Below, piece after piece: positions 19,891 through 26,391 of a DNA stretch of 64,000 bases. Position 1 is the first letter of the stretch. Every line of letters starts with the position of its first letter. The DNA is taken from contig CAWHGL010000004.1 of the NCBI GenBank assembly GCA_963828965.1, positions 140,533 to 204,532 on the forward strand, in the 5' to 3' direction. The notes below the pieces were generated by a model, which made no database searches, was not told the DNA's origin, and saw only the letters and a list, made by a program, of their open reading frames with translations. Made by a program: the position numbers and the translations under genes. Source of the stretch: an uncultured Chloroflexia bacterium (lineage in GTDB: Bacteria; Chloroflexota; Limnocylindria; Limnocylindrales; CSP1-4).

Positions 19891-21433
19891 GGCTGGTCTC
19901 CTGGCGGGCCAGCCGCAACGTGACGGTCTGGGTCCCCGCGTCGTCGTCGGTCGTCACGTCCATCGCGTCGACCATGTGCTCGATGAGGAAGAGCCCCCAC
20001 CCGCGCGGCTTCTGCTCGCCGGCGAGCTTGCGCTCGATGTCGGGGGTCTCGGCGTCGCTCGGGACGGTGCCGGACAGGGCGTGGTCGGTGACGCGCACGA
20101 TGACGTCGTCGGGCGTGACGGCGACTTCGACGTCGAACGGGACGTCGTCGCGACCCTGGCTGCCGTATTCGATGGCGTTCATCGCCGCCTCGCTGACGGC
20201 GGTCTTGAGGCGTTCGAGACGGTCGGACGAGAGGCCGAGATCGGCGATCGCGGCCGCCACCCGGTCCATCGCCTCACGCTCGTTGCCGGTCGTGCCCGGC
20301 AGGCTGAAGGCCGTCAGCGCGGTCGAGCCGATGTGGCCGTCGTCGTCGGCCACGCCGGCCGCGCGACGGAGGGTCACGAGCGTGATGTCGTCCTCCTGCT
20401 CGTGCTCGGTCCCGGTGAAGCCGTGGAGCGTCTCGAGCAGCCGGTCGAGCAGCTCGCTGCCGGCGTCGTCGATGCGCAGGGCCTCGCGCAGGCGGCCGAA
20501 GCCGAACATCTCGCGGGCGTCGTCGTGTGCCTCGATCAGGCCGTCGCTGTAGAGCAGGACGTTGCTGTCGGGCGCGATGTCGCTCTCGGTCTCGTCGTAG
20601 CGCATCCCGGCCATGAGCCCCAGGGGCATGCCGGTCGCCCGGATCTCGGTGACCTCGTCCCCGGTGCGCACGAACGGCAGGTTGTGGCCGGCGTTGGCCA
20701 GCACGATGTGGCCGGTGGTCGGGTCGAGGACCGCGAACAGGCAGGTCACGAACATCTTGGCCGGCATCTCGGGCACGAGCAGGTCGTTGGCCCGCGACAG
20801 GATCTCGCCGGGCGAGTTGCTGCGGGACGCCTCGGCGCGGAGGATGCTGTGGGTCCGGGCCATGACCAGTGCCGCGGGCACGCCCTTGTCCGTGACGTCG
20901 CCGACGGCGATGCCGATGCGCCCGTCGGGCATCTCGACGAAGTCGTAGAAGTCGCCACCGACCGCGCGGGCCGGACCGTAGTACGCGGCGACCTGCCACT
21001 GCGGCAGCTGCGGCAGCTGGCGCGGCAGGAACTGCTGCTGGATGAGCGTCGCGACGCGCAGCTCCTGGGCGAGACGCTCCTTCTCGGCGGCCTCGTTGGC
21101 CTGCTCGCGGACGAGCTGCGCGACCCGGATCGCGGGCGCGGCCTGCGCGGCGAGGGTCGCCAGGAGGCGGCGGTCGTCGGTCGAGTAGTCCTGCTCGGAC
21201 AGGCGCGGGCCGAGGTTGAGCGTGCCGATGAGCTCGCCCTGCGACACGAGCGGCACGACCAGGGCCACGCCCGCATCGCGGAGGGCCGTGACCGCCGGCG
21301 ACTCGAGATCGAGCCGGGCGATGTCGACCGGGCCAGGGGCGGACTGCAGGTAGGCGAGGAGCGGATCGGACTCGGGGATGTCGACGGCGACGCGAGACCG
21401 CATCGGGTGCGGCGGACACGGTGGGCGTGGCAT
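19883..21433 (-). CDS. GAF - PP2C (SpoIIE/RsbU-type) phosphatase - HATPase_c (RsbW-type kinase) fusion protein
   Basis: 516 aa. The GAF-like part is VPLVSQGELIGTLNLGPRLSEQDYSTDDRRLLATLAAQAAPAIRVAQLV. The PP2C part is GGDFYDFVEMPDGRIGIAVGDVTDKGVPAAL...FVTCLFAVLDP...ANAGHN...LLYSDGLIEA. The C-terminal RsbW-like part is LKTAVSEAAMNAIEYG...VRVTD...RGWGLFLIEHMVD. The N-terminus may really begin at 21521/21533 (MRHEMTELTRPIRRLLGR in a second frame). Confidence 0.85.
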   Translation of the reverse strand: MPRPPCPPHPMRSRVAVDIPESDPLLAYLQSAPGPVDIARLDLESPAVTALRDAGVALVVPLVSQGELIGTLNLGPRLSEQDYSTDDRRLLATLAAQAAPAIRVAQLVREQANEAAEKERLAQELRVATLIQQQFLPRQLPQLPQWQVAAYYGPARAVGGDFYDFVEMPDGRIGIAVGDVTDKGVPAALVMARTHSILRAEASRSNSPGEILSRANDLLVPEMPAKMFVTCLFAVLDPTTGHIVLANAGHNLPFVRTGDEVTEIRATGMPLGLMAGMRYDETESDIAPDSNVLLYSDGLIEAHDDAREMFGFGRLREALRIDDAGSELLDRLLETLHGFTGTEHEQEDDITLVTLRRAAGVADDDGHIGSTALTAFSLPGTTGNEREAMDRVAAAIADLGLSSDRLERLKTAVSEAAMNAIEYGSQGRDDVPFDVEVAVTPDDVIVRVTDHALSGTVPSDAETPDIERKLAGEQKPRGWGLFLIEHMVDAMDVTTDDDAGTQTVTLRLARQETSHG

Positions 21434-21559
21434 CGGACGCTGCCGGGACGTCGACCGCGGGGGCGGTCGTGCGATCCCCGCGCCCGAGGAGGCGGCGGAT
21501 GGGGCGGGTCAGTTCGGTCATCTCGTGCCTCATGCTGGGACCTGCTCGTCCGGGAATCG

Positions 21560-22774
21560 TTACGGCTCGGCGCGGCGCAGCCAGAGGCCGACGAGGGCCG
21601 GGGCCACGGAGGCCCGGACCGTGTCGTCGAGGTCGTCGGCGAGGGTCTGGAGGTCCACTTCGTCGCGGAGTCGCTCCGCGAATGCGTCGGCTATGCGCGC
21701 GCCGTCGTACCGGGACCGATCGAAGCGGCGATCGACGGCGCGCTGGACATAGCGTCGGACGGGCTGAAAGAGCGCGAACGCGAGGAGCGTCGAGACGGCG
21801 ACGGCGAGGGTCTCTCCTTCAGTCTCGCCCCGGGTGACGCCGGCCAGGATGGCCTGCGACGCCAGGACGCCGGCGACGAAAACCGCGACCAGGATGCCCG
21901 TCACGACCGCCCAGGACACCGTCCGCGAGACGATCCGGTCGATGTCGTACAGCCGGTAGCGGAGGATCGCGATACCGATCGCGATCGGGATCAGAGTGCC
22001 GCCCAGCACGCTCCCGACGTCGATGAGGTCGGCCGGTCCGATGTCGGTCGAGAACGACAGGGGGAACAGGACAGCGGTCAGCGATACGGCGGCGACGAGC
22101 CACTTCATCTGCGCCTTCTCGACCCCGCTCGAGCGGCGGTAGCGCGCGACGATCCCCGCGACCGCGAGCGCAAGGGCGAGGAAGATCGCGATCGCACTCA
22201 CGGCGCCCCCCACTTCGGATACGGCCGTCGGGACATCCGGCAGGGCGAACGGGTTCGGGACCGGCTGGTCCTTGCTCGGGACCCACGGGCCGATCGTCTG
22301 GAGGACGACGCCGATGCCGAGGAGAGCGACGCTCGTGGCCACCGGGAATCGCCACCGCGAACCCGGCAGGCGACCGTCCGGGAAGACGAGAGCGACGGCA
22401 GGGAAAAGCAGAAAGAGGCCCGGCAGGAGGGCAACTGTGGCCCACCAGGCGATGAGGCCGCCGGCGGTCGGTGCGATGTCTCCGCGCTCATGGAGGACGA
22501 CCGCGAGGGGCCAGCAGATGAACACACTCATCACCACGAGCGCCCCGACGATCAGGAGCCACGCGATCCGGTTGCCCGGGACTCGCCAGTCGATGATGAC
22601 GCCGACCCCGACGGCGCTCAGGACCAGCAGGCCGATGGCGTTGACGAAGACGCTCAAGCCGCCAGCGTCGGCGACGAACAAATCCCCGGCCTGGATCGCA
22701 AGGATGTTGCCGACGACCAGCATCCCGACGGCCAGGGCGAGGGCGGCGACCAGGAGCGCACGGCGCAGGCTCAT
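21560..22774 (-). CDS. Polytopic membrane protein, kinase-less sensor-like family, paralog A
   Basis: 404 aa, from MSLRRALLVAALALAV within ORF 21560..23878. About 10 hydrophobic segments. Motifs: WRVPGNRIAWLL, FPDGRLPGSRW, RYRRSSGVEKAQMKWL, RYRLYDIDRIVSR, LFQPVRRYVQRAVDRRFDRSRYD, LWLR. Confidence 0.8.
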   Translation of the reverse strand: MSLRRALLVAALALAVGMLVVGNILAIQAGDLFVADAGGLSVFVNAIGLLVLSAVGVGVIIDWRVPGNRIAWLLIVGALVVMSVFICWPLAVVLHERGDIAPTAGGLIAWWATVALLPGLFLLFPAVALVFPDGRLPGSRWRFPVATSVALLGIGVVLQTIGPWVPSKDQPVPNPFALPDVPTAVSEVGGAVSAIAIFLALALAVAGIVARYRRSSGVEKAQMKWLVAAVSLTAVLFPLSFSTDIGPADLIDVGSVLGGTLIPIAIGIAILRYRLYDIDRIVSRTVSWAVVTGILVAVFVAGVLASQAILAGVTRGETEGETLAVAVSTLLAFALFQPVRRYVQRAVDRRFDRSRYDGARIADAFAERLRDEVDLQTLADDLDDTVRASVAPALVGLWLRRAEP

Positions 22775-23958
22775 TGCGCCCGCCGGGTCCCCAGCCAGAC
22801 GCCGATGCCGTTCGGATGGACGGCGGCGGCGGCGGTCGCGTCGAGCTCGGCGATGAGCGCTTCGAGACCGATCTCGTCGCGAAGTCGATCCGCGAAGGCG
22901 GCCGCCATCCGCTCGCCGTCGTAGCGACTGCGGTCGAAGCGCCGGTCGACGGCGTGCTGCACGCGTCGCCGGACCGGCTGGAACAGGGCGAAGGCCACGA
23001 GCGTGGAGGCAGCTACAGCCAGCGTCTCGCCCTGCGTGACGTCGGTCAGGGCCGTCTGAAGGGCGAGCACGCCACCCACGAACACCAGCGCCAGCACCCC
23101 GGTCACGATCGCCCATCCGATCGTGCGACCGACGATCCGATCGATGTCGTACAGGCGGTAGCGCATGACGGCGAACCCGATGGCCAGGGGCACGCAGGCG
23201 TAGGCCATTACGACGGCGATCCAGGTGAGGCCCAGCGGGTCCTGCTCGGTCGCCACGGAGAACAGCGCCCACAGCGCGGTGGAGATCGCGGCTAGGGCGA
23301 CGGCGGCAGCGAGCCAGCGGTACTGGAGGCGTTCCAGCCCGCTCGACCGTCGCCAGCGCATGATCAGGCTGAGGACGCCCAGGATCACCAGCACGAAGAG
23401 CGTCGGATAGAGCGCGAACAGGCTTGGAACGATCGCCCAGATCGCGGCACCGGGCGCGAGTGCGAGCGGGTTCGGCACCTCGATCTGAAGCGACGAGCGC
23501 GCCGGCGCGAGGACGGTCATCGGCGCGACCGCCATGACCGCCGAGATGAGGATGGCGGCCCCGAGCAGGAGGTGGCTGGGCAGGGCGGCCCGGCCACCAG
23601 GCAGGCGACCGGTCGGGAAGACCAGCGCGAGGGCGAGCAGGCCGACGAACGCGAGACTCCAGCCCCAGCCGCTCGCCACGACGGCCGCCGCATCCTCGGG
23701 GTCGAGCCCACCGGCGAGCATGTCTGCCACCGGGATGGCGACCCGGACGCTGCCGAGGCTCAGCCCCCAGGCGGTGAGGAGCAGCAACCAGCCGATGCTG
23801 TTGCCGGGGCGCCGGATCGCCAGGAACGCCCCGACGCCGCCGAAGGCGACGAACAGCACCACCCCGCCGATCTCCCATATGCGGATGGCCATGGCGACCC
23901 CGACGAGCGTCGAGCCGATGACGAGCAGCGACAGGAGGGACCGACGTCCGGTCCTCAT
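22771..23958 (-). CDS. Polytopic membrane protein, kinase-less sensor-like family, paralog B
   Basis: 395-aa ORF. Motifs: RRPGNSIGWLLL, FPTGRLPGG, RWRRSSGLERLQYRWL, RYRLYDIDRIVGR, LFQPVRRRVQHAVDRRFDRSRYD. ATGA overlap with paralog A. Confidence 0.8.
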   Translation of the reverse strand: MRTGRRSLLSLLVIGSTLVGVAMAIRIWEIGGVVLFVAFGGVGAFLAIRRPGNSIGWLLLLTAWGLSLGSVRVAIPVADMLAGGLDPEDAAAVVASGWGWSLAFVGLLALALVFPTGRLPGGRAALPSHLLLGAAILISAVMAVAPMTVLAPARSSLQIEVPNPLALAPGAAIWAIVPSLFALYPTLFVLVILGVLSLIMRWRRSSGLERLQYRWLAAAVALAAISTALWALFSVATEQDPLGLTWIAVVMAYACVPLAIGFAVMRYRLYDIDRIVGRTIGWAIVTGVLALVFVGGVLALQTALTDVTQGETLAVAASTLVAFALFQPVRRRVQHAVDRRFDRSRYDGERMAAAFADRLRDEIGLEALIAELDATAAAAVHPNGIGVWLGTRRAQ

Positions 23959-25154
23959 CGACGCCCGCCCGCTGGGCGTCGCCAGATCGCCACAGAGCTT
24001 GGCTCCACCGTCCGCCGGATGATGGCGCCGATGGTGTCCGTCAGTCGATCCACGTCCACCACGTCACGGAGCTCCACGACCAGGGCCGCAAGGGCCTGGT
24101 CATGGTCGTAGCGCGACCGATTGAACCGCCGGTCGACGAGCCGCTGCATCCGGAGGCGCACCGGGTTGAACAGCGCCGCCGCCACGAGCGTGGAGATGGC
24201 GACGGCCAGGCTGTTGCCTCGGACGGCCGATCCGAGCACCGACTGGATGGCGATGATCAAGCCACCGAACACGGCGAACAACACGGCGCTGACGCCGGCG
24301 TAGGCGATCGTCCGGCTGATGATCCGGTCGATCTCGAACAGGCGATAGCGCATCACGGCTACCCCGATGGCGATCGGCGTGAGCGGGTAGGCGATCAGAG
24401 CGGGGATCCAGGCGTAGCCCCCGATCGTGTCGAACGCCGCGAAGGTCACGAGGCCGAAGGTGATGGCGCTGACGAGGAACGCCATCGCCGCCAGCAGCCA
24501 GCGGATCTGGAGCCGCTCGACCCCGACCGCGCGGCGATAGCGGACGATGAGGCCGATGACGGCCGCGGCGAGCACGAGGATCGGGATCAGGGTGACGAGC
24601 ACCATCGCGACACCGAGCGCCTCCGGCGTCGGGTCCGGCAGGAACCCTACCGGATTCGGGATCCGGATCTCGGTCGCGCCGTTGGCGCTGAACACGAGTG
24701 TGTGCGCAAAGGCTGGAAGGCTGATCGCGATGACCCCGGCCGCCAGGGCCGCGACACAAGCCGCCCGCGCCCGCCCCCCCGGCAGATGCCCGGACGGGAA
24801 CATCATCGCGACCGCTGCGTGCAGGAGGAATGTCGCACCGCCCGCCCACACCGTGATCCAGGCCCAGATGATCTGCTCGGGGCCGGCGCGCCCGGCCTGC
24901 ATCGCGACCGGATCGAACCATGCCGGGGTGGTCGTGCCGACAAACCCTAAACCGATGGCGATCAGCAGCCATCCGATCACGTTGTCCGGCCGTCGGATGG
25001 CCAGGAATCCGCCGACCAGGCCGAATGAGACCCACTGAGTGAGGGATATGACGTCGGTACCGCCGACCGGGAGGCTGGCGAGCAGCAGCGCCACGACCGC
25101 GATCCAAGCCAGCACCGACAGCAGCCGATCCCGCCGCACGTTCGCCGCGGTCAT
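23955..25154 (-). CDS. Polytopic membrane protein, kinase-less sensor-like family, paralog C
   Basis: 399-aa ORF. Motifs: RRPDNVIGWLL, FPSGHLPGG, RYRRAVGVERLQIRWL, RYRLFEIDRIISR, LFNPVRLRMQRLVDRRFNRSRYD. ATGA overlap with paralog B. Confidence 0.8.
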   Translation of the reverse strand: MTAANVRRDRLLSVLAWIAVVALLLASLPVGGTDVISLTQWVSFGLVGGFLAIRRPDNVIGWLLIAIGLGFVGTTTPAWFDPVAMQAGRAGPEQIIWAWITVWAGGATFLLHAAVAMMFPSGHLPGGRARAACVAALAAGVIAISLPAFAHTLVFSANGATEIRIPNPVGFLPDPTPEALGVAMVLVTLIPILVLAAAVIGLIVRYRRAVGVERLQIRWLLAAMAFLVSAITFGLVTFAAFDTIGGYAWIPALIAYPLTPIAIGVAVMRYRLFEIDRIISRTIAYAGVSAVLFAVFGGLIIAIQSVLGSAVRGNSLAVAISTLVAAALFNPVRLRMQRLVDRRFNRSRYDHDQALAALVVELRDVVDVDRLTDTIGAIIRRTVEPSSVAIWRRPAGGRR

Positions 25155-26383
25155 GGGCGCCCCCCCGCGCGCAGCCAGACACCGGTGCTCGTGGGTTCGA
25201 CCGCCTCGGTCGTGGTCCGCCGCAGCTCGCCGGTGAGGGTCGGGAGGTCAAGCTCGTCACGCAGCCGGCCGGCAAAGCCGGCGACGGTGCGTTCGGCGTC
25301 GTACCGGGCTCGATGGAATCGTCGGTCGACGGTCGTTTGGACCCGAAGCCGGACCGGGTTGAACAGGGCGGCGACGACCAGCGTCGATGCCGCCACCACC
25401 CGGGGATCGAGCTTCGACCCGGGCCCAGCGACCGCCCCCGTGACGAGCGACTGGAGGAGCAGGATCAATCCACCGAAGACCACCAGCAGGAGCGCCGTCA
25501 CGAGCGCGTAGGCGATCGACCTGCTCACGATCCGGTCGATGTCGTACAGGTGATACCGGGTGATGGCGATGGCAACGGCGAACACCGGCAGCCCCAGGCT
25601 GGCCAGGGCCACCGCCCACAGGCCCGGGACAAGCTCGCCGAGCACGACCAGGCTGATCATCAGCGCGGCGCTTGCCACCGCCGAAACCAAGACCCAACGC
25701 ATCTGGACGCGGCGAGTCGGGTCGGCGCCGCGGTATCGGAGGGCGAGATCGACGATCGCCCCCAACCAGGCGAGGGCGAAGGCAAGGACCGCGAGCGGCA
25801 GGGACACTGTCAGGGCGTCGTCGAGGAGGCGGCTCCAGCCGACCGCTCGAAGGATGGGGTCCCGCAGGCTCCCTACCGCGACCGTCACGACGCCGAACAG
25901 CAGCGCGAACTGGATGACCGCACCGAGCCGGCTCGTCCGACGGCCGTCCGGGAACCACGTGATGAGGAGCACGGCGCCGAATAGCAAACCCGCGATCGCC
26001 AGCAAGGTGGATAGCGCGTCCGCCATGTCATAGATCGCCTTGAACGGTCCCAGCAACACACTCCGGACGCCGACGCCCGGCTGCCACCACTCCAGCACGG
26101 TCGTCAGGGCCGCACTCCCCGCGAACAGCAGCCCGATCCCGAGCGCAAGGCGACCGATACCGTGCCCGGGTCGCTTCCAGAGCACCACGACGCCGACGAA
26201 CGTGAACATGAGGGCGCCGTAGATCGTGATCACCGTCGTCAGCGGGTCCTGCTCCGGGCTTCCCAGGGTCCAGATGATCGCCATCAGCGAGGCGATCACG
26301 GCGAACCCGGCCACCGCCGCGAGGGCGACCTCGCGCCGAGCGGGTCCGGTCGCGACGGGCATGAGGCGGGACATGCCGGGCAT
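25151..26383 (-). CDS. Polytopic membrane protein, kinase-less sensor-like family, paralog D
   Basis: 410-aa ORF. Motifs: KRPGHGIGRLAL, FPDGRR, RYRGADPTRRVQMRWV, RYHLYDIDRIVSR, LFNPVRLRVQTTVDRRFHRARYD, VWLR. ATGA overlap with paralog C. The start could be one of the nearby internal Met codons. Confidence 0.8.
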   Translation of the reverse strand: MPGMSRLMPVATGPARREVALAAVAGFAVIASLMAIIWTLGSPEQDPLTTVITIYGALMFTFVGVVVLWKRPGHGIGRLALGIGLLFAGSAALTTVLEWWQPGVGVRSVLLGPFKAIYDMADALSTLLAIAGLLFGAVLLITWFPDGRRTSRLGAVIQFALLFGVVTVAVGSLRDPILRAVGWSRLLDDALTVSLPLAVLAFALAWLGAIVDLALRYRGADPTRRVQMRWVLVSAVASAALMISLVVLGELVPGLWAVALASLGLPVFAVAIAITRYHLYDIDRIVSRSIAYALVTALLLVVFGGLILLLQSLVTGAVAGPGSKLDPRVVAASTLVVAALFNPVRLRVQTTVDRRFHRARYDAERTVAGFAGRLRDELDLPTLTGELRRTTTEAVEPTSTGVWLRAGGRP

Positions 26384-26391
26384 CCTCCACC

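Noticed and set aside
19790-22924. 1044-aa plus-strand ORF across the STAS/PP2C/paralog A region
   Set aside because: It is the antisense shadow of well-supported minus-strand genes. It has low-complexity Arg/Gly/Asp/Glu composition and no motifs.
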